Below, piece after piece: positions 10,053-24,227 of a stretch of 64,000 bases of DNA (position 1 is its first letter; each line of letters begins with the position of its first letter). A program made the translations under genes and the position numbers. Below the pieces are notes generated by a model. That model worked only from the letters and a program-made list of their open reading frames with translations, was not told where the DNA came from and searched no databases. Location: positions 18,879 to 82,878 of the forward strand of contig CACNJC010000001.1 of NCBI GenBank assembly GCA_902620585.1, given 5' to 3'. The stretch is from an uncultured Pelagibacteraceae bacterium (GTDB taxonomy: Bacteria > Pseudomonadota > Alphaproteobacteria > Pelagibacterales > Pelagibacteraceae).

Positions 10053-11003
10053 TTACTTGAGTGTGCGAATCGGTTTATTTTCCAAACAAGCATCTAAATT
10101 TTCTAACATCTGCTTATAAAACTTAGAATAATTTTCAGCTGTTACATAACCAATATGTGGTAACAAAAAAGCATTTGGAAGAAATCTTAATTTATGGTCT
10201 TGTGGTAATGGTTCTTGGTCATAAACATCTAGTCCTACACCAGCAATGGTTTCATCTTTTAAAGCTTGAATTAGATCGCTCTCATTTATAATTGATCCAC
10301 GAGATGTGTTAATTAAGAAGGAAGATTTCTTCATTATCTCGAATTCTTTTTTTGTTATTAAATTTTTATATCTATCTCCTAATACGACATGTATTGAAAT
10401 AATATCGGCATTTTTTAATAAGTCTTCTTTGCTCATTGGAAGAACGCCTAAGTCATTTGCATGCGTTAAGTTTAAATTTTCGCTCCATGCACAAACTTCC
10501 ATTCCAAATGCTTTTGCAATTTTTGCTACCTGTGTTCCAATTTTACCAAGCCCAATTAAACCTAATAATTTACCTTTTAACTCAAAGCCAATTGTAGTTT
10601 GCCAATAACCTTGAAACATATTGTCAACCTCTTGTTTCATGTTTCTAAGCAAACCTAGAATTAATGCCCAAGTAATTTCAGCTGCAGGATTAGCATTGAT
10701 TTCAGTACCACAAACTACAATTTTATTTTTTTTTGCGGTTTCTAAATCTATAGCGTTATTTCTCATTCCTGATGTCATAATATATTTCAATTTCGGAAGA
10801 GCGGTTATAAGTGACTTTGTTATCGGTGTTCTTTCACGCATAATAAATAATGCATCAAAATCTTCTAAAGCAATGACTGCCTCATTTTCATTTAAAAAAG
10901 GCTCGTAAAAAGTTTTAAACTCATATTTTTTTTTATATTTAGCAGTATCAATTATTTGTTCAAATACTTCTTGATAGTCATCTAAAACTCCTACTTTAAT
11001 CAT
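10053..11003 (-). CDS. D-2-hydroxyacid dehydrogenase family protein
   Basis: VLDDYQ, MRERT, GLGKIG Rossmann motif, INTSRG, LDVYDQEPLP, PHIGY. Confidence 0.9.
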   Translation of the reverse strand: MIKVGVLDDYQEVFEQIIDTAKYKKKYEFKTFYEPFLNENEAVIALEDFDALFIMRERTPITKSLITALPKLKYIMTSGMRNNAIDLETAKKNKIVVCGTEINANPAAEITWALILGLLRNMKQEVDNMFQGYWQTTIGFELKGKLLGLIGLGKIGTQVAKIAKAFGMEVCAWSENLNLTHANDLGVLPMSKEDLLKNADIISIHVVLGDRYKNLITKKEFEIMKKSSFLINTSRGSIINESDLIQALKDETIAGVGLDVYDQEPLPQDHKLRFLPNAFLLPHIGYVTAENYSKFYKQMLENLDACLENKPIRTLK

Positions 11004-11889
11004 TTACTTTCCTATTAGATAAATAAATACCAGTTAATATAAAACTAGCTCCAGCAAAATGATATAACTCGAATTTTTCATTAAAAATTATGATTGCCAT
11101 GATTGCGCTAAACAAAGGCATCAATTGAACAAACATGGTAGATCTATTTGGGCCAATGATCTGAACGCCTTTTTGCCAACAGTAATAAGCAGCAATAGCT
11201 GGAAACACAACCACATAAAAAAGAATTGAAAAAAATGCTTTGTTAAAATTTACTTCAAGACCTATTGATTTTTCATAAAAATATTGTGGTATTAAGAATA
11301 ATATCCCTACTGAAACCATTAATTGTATTAGAGTAAACTGTGAAAATTTAAATTTATGTTTTTTAAGTAAAGTAGTATAAAGAGACCACGTAACTACACA
11401 AACTAGCATCCATAAGTCACCTTTGTTAAAACTTAAAGAAATAATTTTTTGAATATCACCGTTGGAAATGATTGATCCAATTCCTATAATTGACAACAAC
11501 AGTCCAAGAATTTGAAAAATATTTGTTTTTTCAATTTTCATTAAAGACGAAAGCACAATTGTTGCTGCAGGAATAGCAGCTAACATTAGAACTGCATTTA
11601 CTACTTGTGTATAATTTAGTGCAAAATAAACAACAGAGTTAAAAGTACTTATTGTAATTACTCCCATGAAGCTGATAACAAGCCAATTTTTTTTTATATA
11701 AGGTAAATTGTTGTAAATTTCTTTATATGTAAAAGGTATTAATATAAACCAAACTGAAATCCATCTAAAAACATTAAGTGTTAAAGGAGGAACTTCAAAC
11801 AGCGTTGCAAATTTTCCAACAATAAAATTACCTGACCAAAACAGTGCTGCTAGCACTAAAAATAGATAGGCTAAATAATTTTTTGACAA
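10996..11889 (-). CDS. DMT/EamA family transporter (probable TTG start at 11889)
   Basis: LFWSGNFIVGK, about 10 TM segments, GDLWML. The longer ORF call overlaps the upstream gene. Confidence 0.85.
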   Translation of the reverse strand: MSKNYLAYLFLVLAALFWSGNFIVGKFATLFEVPPLTLNVFRWISVWFILIPFTYKEIYNNLPYIKKNWLVISFMGVITISTFNSVVYFALNYTQVVNAVLMLAAIPAATIVLSSLMKIEKTNIFQILGLLLSIIGIGSIISNGDIQKIISLSFNKGDLWMLVCVVTWSLYTTLLKKHKFKFSQFTLIQLMVSVGILFLIPQYFYEKSIGLEVNFNKAFFSILFYVVVFPAIAAYYCWQKGVQIIGPNRSTMFVQLMPLFSAIMAIIIFNEKFELYHFAGASFILTGIYLSNRKVND

Positions 11890-11896
11890 TAAGTTC

Positions 11897-13156
11897 CTAG
11901 TTAAATCTTTTCGAGCTGTATGGAGATAAATCCAAATTTGTTTTTTCCCCAGCAACTATACTAGAAACTATCTTGCCTGTAACTGCTCCTAAAGTCCAGC
12001 CCAAATGGTGATGACCAAAAGCATATATAATATTTTTATTTTTTAAAGAAGGGCCAATTATAGGAAGAAAGTCGGGAAGTGTAGGTCTAAAACCCAACCA
12101 TTCATCCTCATGTTTATCTAATTGCGGTAAAAGCTCCTTCGCACATTTTATTATATAATCTATTCTTTTTTTTGATAGAGGATTTTCTAGCCCTCCCAAC
12201 TCTACAGTTCCAACCGCTCTTAATCCTTGATTCATAGGTGTCATTCCAAATCCTCTATCTAAAAATATTACCGGTCTAGAAATTAAATGATCCATATTTT
12301 TAAAATGTACATGATAGCCTCTTTCAGTATCAAGAGGAATTTTTTCTCCTAGTTGATCTGTAAAATTTTTAGAAAAGGCTCCAGTTGCTATTACAGATTT
12401 TTCAAAATGATATTTTTCTCTATCTGATAAAATAATTGTTTGATTTGTGTTAATTTGCTTTATCTGCTTAACATTTTCTTGAATAAACTTTCCACCTTTT
12501 CTTAAAAATAATCTAAATATTTCTTTCAATATTCCATGTGGATCTTTAGCATGCATTGCGTTTTCATATAAAACTCCTCCATCAAAAACAGGCTGTAAAT
12601 TTGGCTCTAAATCTAAAATTTCTTCCTTCGTTAAGATTTTTTGCTCTATTCCTAAATCATTTCTTACTTTAATTTCTAGTTCTCTGCTCTTTAAATTTTT
12701 ATTAGTCCAAACATATACGATTCCATTTCTTTCAACTAAATTTTTAATATTAATTTCTTGAAATATTTCCTCATATGCATCGTTAGACAAATTTAAGATT
12801 TGATGCATATATTTTGCAGTATGAAGCATTGATTTCTTATTAAAACTTTTTAGATAATTAAAAAACCAAGGTAAAAGTTTAGGGACATAGTTCCATTTTA
12901 GTGCAAGCGGCCCATAAGAACTTAAAAGCATTTTAGGAACGTCAGATAGAATATCTGGTCTGTTGAATTGTAAAACTGCATAAGGTGAGAAGTGTCCAGC
13001 GTTACCATAAGATGCGGGTTTAAATTCTGTAGACAAAGGGTCTTGTCGATCAAAAATTGTAACTGGAATTCCCCTTTTTATAAGTTGTAGTCCAATACAA
13101 ACCCCTTGGATTCCTGAGCCAATGACACCAACTGATTTGCATTTATTATTTTCCAT
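11897..13156 (-). CDS. FAD-dependent oxidoreductase, DadA (D-amino acid dehydrogenase)-like
   Basis: GSGIQG FAD motif, ASYGNAG, ERGYH, WLGFRPTLPD, AFGHHHLGWTLG. Confidence 0.85.
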   Translation of the reverse strand: MENNKCKSVGVIGSGIQGVCIGLQLIKRGIPVTIFDRQDPLSTEFKPASYGNAGHFSPYAVLQFNRPDILSDVPKMLLSSYGPLALKWNYVPKLLPWFFNYLKSFNKKSMLHTAKYMHQILNLSNDAYEEIFQEINIKNLVERNGIVYVWTNKNLKSRELEIKVRNDLGIEQKILTKEEILDLEPNLQPVFDGGVLYENAMHAKDPHGILKEIFRLFLRKGGKFIQENVKQIKQINTNQTIILSDREKYHFEKSVIATGAFSKNFTDQLGEKIPLDTERGYHVHFKNMDHLISRPVIFLDRGFGMTPMNQGLRAVGTVELGGLENPLSKKRIDYIIKCAKELLPQLDKHEDEWLGFRPTLPDFLPIIGPSLKNKNIIYAFGHHHLGWTLGAVTGKIVSSIVAGEKTNLDLSPYSSKRFN

Positions 13157-13200
13157 AGGAAATTTATAATGCAATTTTGAATATTTGGTAGTGCGGTAGA

Positions 13201-13668
13201 TTAGGCTAGTACTTCCGAGTCTTTATTCAAATTTGCTTCGGAGCCACCGTTTTCTTTATGTTTCTTTTCTTCTTTATCTTTTGATTTGCTAAATAAGAAA
13301 TCTGCTGAAAGCTTGGATTTTGCTACATTGGTCTTTTTGATGTACCCGTCTATATCAGCACCGTTTTCAGTTTTTAAATTATTACTAAATTCTATGTCAC
13401 CTTTAACAGTGCCAGCGCTACCTATAACAACGTCTCCACCTGAAATTTTTCCATCCATATGTCCGTGAATTTCAACATGATCTCCTTCGATTGACCCAGT
13501 TATTGACCCGGTTTCTCTTACAATAATTTGTTTTGAAATTACTGGTCCTTTAACTAATCCAGCTATATCGATAGCACCTGAACTATTTATTGTACCTTCA
13601 ATGCTAACTGTTTCGCTAATGAGAGATCTTTCGCTGTCTTTTAGTTTATTTTTTTTATCACCAAACAT
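13201..13668 (-). CDS. Bactofilin (polymer-forming cytoskeletal protein)
   Basis: Beta-helix repeats SLISETVSIEGTI...IAGLVKG...GSITGSI...IHGHMDGKI...GTVKGDI...GADIDG; MFG N-terminus. Confidence 0.88.
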   Translation of the reverse strand: MFGDKKNKLKDSERSLISETVSIEGTINSSGAIDIAGLVKGPVISKQIIVRETGSITGSIEGDHVEIHGHMDGKISGGDVVIGSAGTVKGDIEFSNNLKTENGADIDGYIKKTNVAKSKLSADFLFSKSKDKEEKKHKENGGSEANLNKDSEVLA

Positions 13669-13753
13669 ATATTTTTGATTAATCTAATCACCTTAAAGTT
13701 AAGTTTACAAGCCTTTAATGAAAAAAATTTTCACCATTATAGGTCTTTTTTTT

Positions 13754-14878
13754 TTAGTTCACTGGGCTGTCTTTGTAGACTTTACAGGACATTGCTATGC
13801 CTAAACCAAACATTATAGCCATCATTGAAGAGCCTCCATATGAAAGAATTGGCAAGGGAGAGCCCACAATAGGTAATAATCCTAAAACCATGCCCATATT
13901 TACAACCACATATATAAAAAACGCTGTTGCAAAGCTGTAACAATACAGTTTACCAAAGTTACTTCGTGTTATATTTCCAATTTTAACTATTCTTGATACA
14001 ATTATTCCGTAAAGAAGAAGAATAAATACAGATCCAAAAAAACCAAATTCCTCCGAGAATAAAGTAAATATAAAATCAGTATGTTTTTCAGGTAAATAAT
14101 CAAGATAACTCTGAGATCCATTTAAAAAACCTTTTCCAAAAAGTCCTCCTGAACCTATGGCTATTTTTGATTGTATAATTTGATATCCAGCACCAAGTGG
14201 ATCTTTCTCTGGATTAAGAAAAGTTAATATACGTGCTTTTTGATATGGCTTCAGAAAAGAAATTGCAATTGGCAATAAAGCAATAAAAACTAATGAGGAA
14301 TATGCAAAAAATTTTACTCTAACTCCGGCTAGCCAGGCTACCACTAAACCGCCAGCTGCAATTAACAAAGACGTTCCTAGATCAGGCTGCATAATAACTA
14401 AAAGAACCGGAAAAATTAAAACGAATATTGGAAGAAATAAAAATCTTAACTTATTGATACTTTCAATCGGTATACGATGATAATATTTAGATAGAAAAAG
14501 AATTAAACCTATTTTCATTAGCTCTGATGGTTGGAGGTTCATAAAGTAAAGGTTTAGCCATCTTTGAGACCCTGATGATGTTAATCCAAAATACTTAACA
14601 GCTAAAAGAAGTATCAAAAAAAGTATATAGATTAAATAACTAGTGCTATGCCAAAATCTAATTTGAACAAAAGACAAAATAATAAACATAATAAAGAAAA
14701 CACAAAATCTAAGTATATGACTTTCCGTGTGATACTTAAATTGTCCACCATCTGTAGAATACATAGCAAACATACTTACAATACCAAGAATCAATATAGA
14801 AAAGACTAAAATGTAATCAATTGAGATTAATTTGTCTCTAAAACTTAAAGAAGATTGTATTGATCTTGGTCTAAACAT
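13754..14878 (-). CDS. rodA: Rod shape-determining protein RodA
   Basis: QPSELMK, QPDLGT, GAGYQIIQSKIAIGSGG, LPEKHTDFIF, SYGGSS. Confidence 0.95.
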   Translation of the reverse strand: MFRPRSIQSSLSFRDKLISIDYILVFSILILGIVSMFAMYSTDGGQFKYHTESHILRFCVFFIMFIILSFVQIRFWHSTSYLIYILFLILLLAVKYFGLTSSGSQRWLNLYFMNLQPSELMKIGLILFLSKYYHRIPIESINKLRFLFLPIFVLIFPVLLVIMQPDLGTSLLIAAGGLVVAWLAGVRVKFFAYSSLVFIALLPIAISFLKPYQKARILTFLNPEKDPLGAGYQIIQSKIAIGSGGLFGKGFLNGSQSYLDYLPEKHTDFIFTLFSEEFGFFGSVFILLLYGIIVSRIVKIGNITRSNFGKLYCYSFATAFFIYVVVNMGMVLGLLPIVGSPLPILSYGGSSMMAIMFGLGIAMSCKVYKDSPVN

Positions 14879-16812
14879 TAAATTGAGTCTCCTGTTAAAT
14901 TATTTGTTGCCATTCTTAGACTATGACGTTCTAAAACTTTTTTAATTACTTTTTTTGCAATGGGAGCAGCTGCTTTACTACCAGATCCTCCGTGTTCAAC
15001 AACAACACTAATTGCATATTTAGGGTCATTAACTGGAGCAAAAGCAATAAATAAAGCATGATCTCGATTTTCATACTTCAGTTGCTCTTGTTTTACTTCT
15101 GCCTCTCGTTGTTCCTCAGTAAATCTTTTAACCTGAGATGATCCAGTTTTTCCTGCAAAAGTGAATCTTTTATCTTCTAGTCTTGATCTATAAGATGTGC
15201 CTCCAGGTTCATTAGAAGATGAATACATTGCATCTTTAATAATTTTAATGTTTTCTTGATTTTTGAATAATGGTTTTAGCTCGAAATTTGATATTAATAA
15301 ATCTGTCGGTAATGGTTTGCCTGGATTATCATTTTTAAATTTTAAATATTCTTTTAAGTTATTTTTAGTTTTATCAAATATTATTCTAGGTTTAATCTCA
15401 AAACCACCATTAGCAATTTGAGCTGTCATTAAACATAATTGAATTGGTGTGCTCTGAAAATAACCCTGACCTATTCCAGAGTGTAATGTTTCACCTAAAT
15501 ACCAATTTTGTCCAATATGTTTTTTCTTCCAAGACGTACTAGGAACTACTCCAGATCGTTCTTCAGCAAAGTTTTGTAAAACTCTTTTTCCAAGACCAAA
15601 TTTTTTTGCAGTTTCTGCTAATCGATCAACACCTAATTTTCTTGCAACTTCGTAAAAATACACATCACAAGATCTTTTCATTCCGGTTCTTAAGTTCATC
15701 ACTCCATGACCTTCCTTTTTCCAACAATGAAATTTTTCACCAAATAATTCAATTTTTCCCGAACATTTTACTGTTTCTAATGGTCTGATAATCTTATTTT
15801 CTAAAGCACTTAAAGCTACTAGTGTTTTTATTGTTGAACCTGGAGGATACAAACCAGAGACAGCTTTATTTGTTAAAGGTTTCCTATCGTTTTTTATCAA
15901 ACTATCCCAATATTTTTTATCTATTCCATGAACAAATGCGTTCGGATCATAAGAAGGAGACGAAACTAAAGATACAATATCGCCATTATAAATATCCATA
16001 ACACAAACCGATGCAGCTTTATCTGCTAAGATTTCTGATACGTATTTTTGGACTTCTAAATCTAATGTTGTTTTAAAACTTTTTCCGACTTTTCCGGGGT
16101 CAACTTTAATTTGTTTAATCCTTTTTCCATAGGCATTGACCTCATATCTTTGAAAACCAACTTCACCTATTATTTGCTCGTCTAGTCTTCTTTCTAATCC
16201 TGTTTTTCCAACTGCCATTCCAGGAACCGACATTTCTTTTAAATATTTCTTATCTTTTAAATCTTTAACACTAGCTTGTGAAACGTATCCTAAGACATGA
16301 GCAGAAGATTCATCTTTGTACACTCTTGCAACAGACACTATGGGCTCTACTCCTTGTAATTCGTGTAAAAATAAATTTATCCTAGAAAATTCAGACCAAT
16401 TTAAATTATCTGAAATAATTATAGGTTCCCAGGGTTTTTGTTTTGCAATCTTTTTCTTTAATGAGAATATTTTTTTATCACTAATTTTTAAAATAGCTTT
16501 TAATCTAAAAAAAGTTTCTTCAATGCTCTGTGTATTTTCTGGGATTAAGTGTATTTGATAAACTTGTTTATTTGAAGCTATTTCATTATTAAAATAATCC
16601 TTAATTATTCCTCTCTCAGGCGCTAATTTCCACTCTCTAAATCTGTTTTTATCAGATAAAGTTTTATATTTACTGCTCTCATTAATCTGAAGTGAAATCA
16701 AACGACCTAAAACACCCACCAAAACAATTGCTTTACCAGCAGTTAATAAAAACATCCTTCTGCTGATTAATTTAGATTTTATTACTGTATTTCCTGAACC
16801 GGAGCTAAGCAT
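14878..16812 (-). CDS. mrdA: Penicillin-binding protein 2
   Basis: PPGSTIK (SxxK), SCD and KTG motifs; lies between mreD and rodA. Confidence 0.95.
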   Translation of the reverse strand: MLSSGSGNTVIKSKLISRRMFLLTAGKAIVLVGVLGRLISLQINESSKYKTLSDKNRFREWKLAPERGIIKDYFNNEIASNKQVYQIHLIPENTQSIEETFFRLKAILKISDKKIFSLKKKIAKQKPWEPIIISDNLNWSEFSRINLFLHELQGVEPIVSVARVYKDESSAHVLGYVSQASVKDLKDKKYLKEMSVPGMAVGKTGLERRLDEQIIGEVGFQRYEVNAYGKRIKQIKVDPGKVGKSFKTTLDLEVQKYVSEILADKAASVCVMDIYNGDIVSLVSSPSYDPNAFVHGIDKKYWDSLIKNDRKPLTNKAVSGLYPPGSTIKTLVALSALENKIIRPLETVKCSGKIELFGEKFHCWKKEGHGVMNLRTGMKRSCDVYFYEVARKLGVDRLAETAKKFGLGKRVLQNFAEERSGVVPSTSWKKKHIGQNWYLGETLHSGIGQGYFQSTPIQLCLMTAQIANGGFEIKPRIIFDKTKNNLKEYLKFKNDNPGKPLPTDLLISNFELKPLFKNQENIKIIKDAMYSSSNEPGGTSYRSRLEDKRFTFAGKTGSSQVKRFTEEQREAEVKQEQLKYENRDHALFIAFAPVNDPKYAISVVVEHGGSGSKAAAPIAKKVIKKVLERHSLRMATNNLTGDSI

Positions 16813-17317
16813 TTTTTCCTGTCGTTATTATTGAATTGTAATAAGTGAATATAAACCAAAAAAATGGAAAAAAAAGTAGTGTGAAAAAAGTATTATACGA
16901 AATGTCTGTAAAATTAATAACAATCTCAGAAAAATTAACCAATAAGAAAAAAAATACTAAATTTGAGAAAAAAATTCCAATAAAGAAACTAAACCAGTCT
17001 GTTGTTATTCTTGTATTGACTGTCATATTTTTAATATAAGTAGCAACAAGTGATACTACTAGATAAGATAAAGAACTTACGCCTAGAGGAAATCCCATTA
17101 CAACATCGTTTATCAAACCAGCGAAAAATATATGACCACTTCCCAGCACTTCTGGTCTTTTTGAAACCCAAAAATAAATTATAATTAATTGAATATTGAA
17201 AGACAAAATTTCAAAATAATTTTCAAAATGACTATCTATTTCACTTATAGACAGGTAGTAGAGAAGAATTAATGGTCCAAGATTTATTAATTTACTTAAT
17301 ATTCTTAAACTTTTCAT
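16805..17317 (-). CDS. mreD: Rod shape-determining protein MreD
   Basis: Hydrophobic 170 aa protein with GLINDVVMGFPLG; position between mreC and mrdA. Confidence 0.8.
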   Translation of the reverse strand: MKSLRILSKLINLGPLILLYYLSISEIDSHFENYFEILSFNIQLIIIYFWVSKRPEVLGSGHIFFAGLINDVVMGFPLGVSSLSYLVVSLVATYIKNMTVNTRITTDWFSFFIGIFFSNLVFFFLLVNFSEIVINFTDISYNTFFTLLFFPFFWFIFTYYNSIITTGKNA

Positions 17318-18166
17318 TTAAAAATCCTCGCTACCTTTATTTGAAATATCAACTTTTACAAATGAAAGCTGGCTAGACTCGGTAAAAAGTTTTACTTCGC
17401 CACCCTCTGCTGTTGTGCCAATAGGTGTTCCCGGAAAAAAAATACCGTCCTTTCCAGATGTAAAAACGTCGACACCCTCTTCTAATACAAATTCCTCTGG
17501 CAAGTATTCAAGAATTGGTCTATTTTTTCCAATACCTTTTAAAATTGCTTGTACACCCTCATCGCCAAAAGTTACAGGTATTCTACTATTCAAATCGTTT
17601 AGTAATAAAACTCTTGAAGACAAGTAATTAGTTTCAACTATTCTTCCTACCAAATAATCTTTGTCCGTAACAGGCATTCCTTTTAATATTCCTGATTTAG
17701 ATCCTCTATTAATAATAATTGATTTTAAATACGGACTTCCTTTATCAATGAGTACTTTTGATAGTATCATATTTTCTTTTTTTAAATATGATTCTTCTGA
17801 CTCAATAATTTTCTTTAAACTCTTATTTTGATTTGACAAAAATTCTACATTTAGCTCTTTCATTTTGAGAGCTTCCAGTTCCTTCTTTAATTTCTCGTTT
17901 TCTTTTTTAATGTTGATGAAGTTTGTAATGCCACTCGTTGCATGTGGTAAAAATCTTGATGGTGATGATGCTACTAGTGAAACTCTATATATCCCATCAT
18001 TAATTATAGATCTTATTGGTTTCATAAAGCTAAAACCATAAACATCTAAAAAAAATATTATTGAAGCTATTATTATTAAAAAAACTAAAGAAAATTTTTG
18101 TGCCGCACCTCTTTGTAAAAGTGCAGAACGAAATGCTATACTAAAATCATCTCTACTTGAGGACAT
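17318..18166 (-). CDS. mreC: Rod shape-determining protein MreC
   Basis: TM segment, coiled coil (ENEKLKKEL), LVGRI...SRVLLLNDLNSRIPV, TSGKDGIF. Confidence 0.92.
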   Translation of the reverse strand: MSSSRDDFSIAFRSALLQRGAAQKFSLVFLIIIASIIFFLDVYGFSFMKPIRSIINDGIYRVSLVASSPSRFLPHATSGITNFINIKKENEKLKKELEALKMKELNVEFLSNQNKSLKKIIESEESYLKKENMILSKVLIDKGSPYLKSIIINRGSKSGILKGMPVTDKDYLVGRIVETNYLSSRVLLLNDLNSRIPVTFGDEGVQAILKGIGKNRPILEYLPEEFVLEEGVDVFTSGKDGIFFPGTPIGTTAEGGEVKLFTESSQLSFVKVDISNKGSEDF

Positions 18167-18183
18167 TTATCTTTTTTGATAAT

Positions 18184-20794
<2,611 letters not shown>

Positions 20795-20874
20795 TTGCTG
20801 CAAACATATTACAAGCAAAACTAGAATATGCAATACTTAAGCAGAAATCAGTTTATTTTTTTGATCAGATTGGG

Positions 20875-21900
<1,026 letters not shown>

Positions 21901-21906
21901 TTATTA

Positions 21907-22455
21907 TTAGCTAAATATTTTTGCCCCTTTTGTCATCGCCACGGCTCCAGTTCTAGAAATGCTTATAAGCCCTAATCTTTTTAAATCAAGTGCTAATTTA
22001 TCAATGTCAGCTCTTAAAGCCGTAACTTGAATAACAACAGACTCTTTAGATTTATCTAAAATAACCGGATTAAATTTTTTACAAATCTTTTTAATTTTTT
22101 CTTGTTTTTTTGAATTTGCAAGAACTTTAAATAAAGCTAATTCTCTAAATAAAATATCTTTATCATTTCTTTTAAAATCTGCAACTTTATGAACTGGAAC
22201 TAGTTTTTTAAGTTGTAATTTAATTTGTTCAATAACTTGAGGTGTTCCTTCAGTGACTATTGTAATTCTTGAAATGTGTTTTTTTTTATCAACTTCAGCT
22301 ACCGCTAGAGACTCAATGTTATATCCTCTTCCAGAAAAAAGACCAGCAATTCTAGCAAGAACGCCAGCTTCATTGTCCACCCAAACAACTAAAATGTGAC
22401 GTTCTAATTTTCCAATTTTTCCTGGGACGGAGTAAGCTGACTTAGACCTTGGCAT
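21907..22455 (-). CDS. ilvH: Acetolactate synthase small subunit
   Basis: ACT domain VDNEAGVLARIAGLFSGRGYNIESL; C-terminal RTG. Confidence 0.93.
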   Translation of the reverse strand: MPRSKSAYSVPGKIGKLERHILVVWVDNEAGVLARIAGLFSGRGYNIESLAVAEVDKKKHISRITIVTEGTPQVIEQIKLQLKKLVPVHKVADFKRNDKDILFRELALFKVLANSKKQEKIKKICKKFNPVILDKSKESVVIQVTALRADIDKLALDLKRLGLISISRTGAVAMTKGAKIFS

Positions 22456-24221
22456 TATACTAATATTTTTCCTTCATCAGATATTTCTTCTTCTTCTTCA
22501 GGTCCTAAAATCATTTGATTATGAGGTTTTCCTGAAGGTATCATTGGAAAACAATTTTCAGATTTATCTACAACACAGTCAAATATTACTGGTCTTTGAA
22601 CATTAATCATTTCTTTAATTTTTTCGTCAAGTTCATCAGGCGTTTTTGCTCTTATCCCAACACAACCATAGGACTCTGCAAGTTTTACAAAATCAGGTAG
22701 CGCTGCTGTATAGCTTTCAGAATAATTTTTTTCATGTAAAAGCTCCTGCCATTGTCTTACCATGCCCATATATTCATTGTTCAAAATAAATATCTTGATT
22801 GGTAATTTGTATTGAACTGCAGTTGACATTTCTTGCATTGTCATCAAAACTGAAGCTTCTCCAGCTATATCAACTACTAATTTCCCTGGATGAGCGATTT
22901 GGACACCAATTGCAGCTGGAAGACCATAACCCATAGTTCCTAATCCTCCTGAAGTCATCCAACGGTTAGGTTTATTAAATTTATAGTGTTGAGCTGCCCA
23001 CATTTGATGCTGACCAACCTCAGTAGTAATAAATGTGTCATTATCCTTAGTTAATTCATAAAGTCTTTGGACTGCATGTTGAGGTTTTATAATTTTATCA
23101 CTGTTTATGAAGTTAAGAGATTTTTTTTCTCTCCATTTATCAATTTGCTCCCACCATTTTGATGTTTTTTGTTTATTTGAGTTCAAAAAGTTTTTATTTT
23201 TTTCTTTAAATCTTTTGATTAAACCTTTTAAAAGCTCAGTAACATCACTTACAATAGCTAAATCTACTTTAATATTTTTGCCTATTGAAGAAGGATCGAT
23301 ATCAACGTGAATTTTTTTTGATTTTGGTGAAAACTCATCAACCTTGCCAGTAATTCTATCATCAAACCTAGCTCCAATATTTATCATTAGGTCACAATCG
23401 TGCATTGCATTGTTTGCCTCAAAAGTTCCATGCATTCCCAACATCCCTAAAAATTGTGGATCATCTCCAGGGTACGCTCCAAGTCCTTGCAAGGTAGATG
23501 TAATCGGAAATCCGGTTAGTGATACAAGTTCTCTTAAATATTTACTGGCCTCAGGCCCTGAGTTTATAACTCCCCCACCTGTATAAAAAATTGGTTTTGA
23601 CGACTTCTTTATTAATTCAATAAACTTGTCCAGATCTTTGTTAGATAATTTATATGTAGCTTTGCCGTTAAGTTTTTTTCTCAATATATTTTTTACAAAT
23701 TTATATTTACCTTTTTTAAATTGAATATCTTTTGGAATATCAACTAAAACAGGTCCAGGTCTTCCTGTAGTTGCTACCTCAAAAGCTAAGTGTAAAATTC
23801 TTGAAAGATCATTTACATCTTTAACTAACCAATTATGTTTTGTACATGGCCGTGTAATGCCTGTCGTATCACATTCTTGAAATGCATCAGTTCCAATTAA
23901 GTGAGTTGGAACTTGCCCTGAGATACAAACTAAAGGAACGGAGTCCATGTAAGCGTCCGTCAAGGCAGTTACTGCATTAGTCGCACCAGGACCTGAAGTT
24001 ACAAGTAATACTCCTGGTTTGCCACTTGATCTAGCATAACCTTCCGCTGCGTGACCAGCTCCTTGTTCATGTCTAGCCAAAATATGTTTGACTGACTTAT
24101 GATTTTTTAATTCATCATATATTGGAAGAACTGCACCGCCTGGATAGCCAAAAATATATTCTACTTTTTGATCCTCCAAAGCTTTAAAAACTATTTCAGC
24201 CCCTGTAATTAATTTAGACAT
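22455..24221 (-). CDS. ilvI: Acetolactate synthase large subunit
   Basis: FGYPGGAVLP, RHEQGA, TSGPGATN, VGQHQMWAAQ, SGGLGTMGYG. Confidence 0.96.
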   Translation of the reverse strand: MSKLITGAEIVFKALEDQKVEYIFGYPGGAVLPIYDELKNHKSVKHILARHEQGAGHAAEGYARSSGKPGVLLVTSGPGATNAVTALTDAYMDSVPLVCISGQVPTHLIGTDAFQECDTTGITRPCTKHNWLVKDVNDLSRILHLAFEVATTGRPGPVLVDIPKDIQFKKGKYKFVKNILRKKLNGKATYKLSNKDLDKFIELIKKSSKPIFYTGGGVINSGPEASKYLRELVSLTGFPITSTLQGLGAYPGDDPQFLGMLGMHGTFEANNAMHDCDLMINIGARFDDRITGKVDEFSPKSKKIHVDIDPSSIGKNIKVDLAIVSDVTELLKGLIKRFKEKNKNFLNSNKQKTSKWWEQIDKWREKKSLNFINSDKIIKPQHAVQRLYELTKDNDTFITTEVGQHQMWAAQHYKFNKPNRWMTSGGLGTMGYGLPAAIGVQIAHPGKLVVDIAGEASVLMTMQEMSTAVQYKLPIKIFILNNEYMGMVRQWQELLHEKNYSESYTAALPDFVKLAESYGCVGIRAKTPDELDEKIKEMINVQRPVIFDCVVDKSENCFPMIPSGKPHNQMILGPEEEEEISDEGKILV

Positions 24222-24227
24222 AGATAC

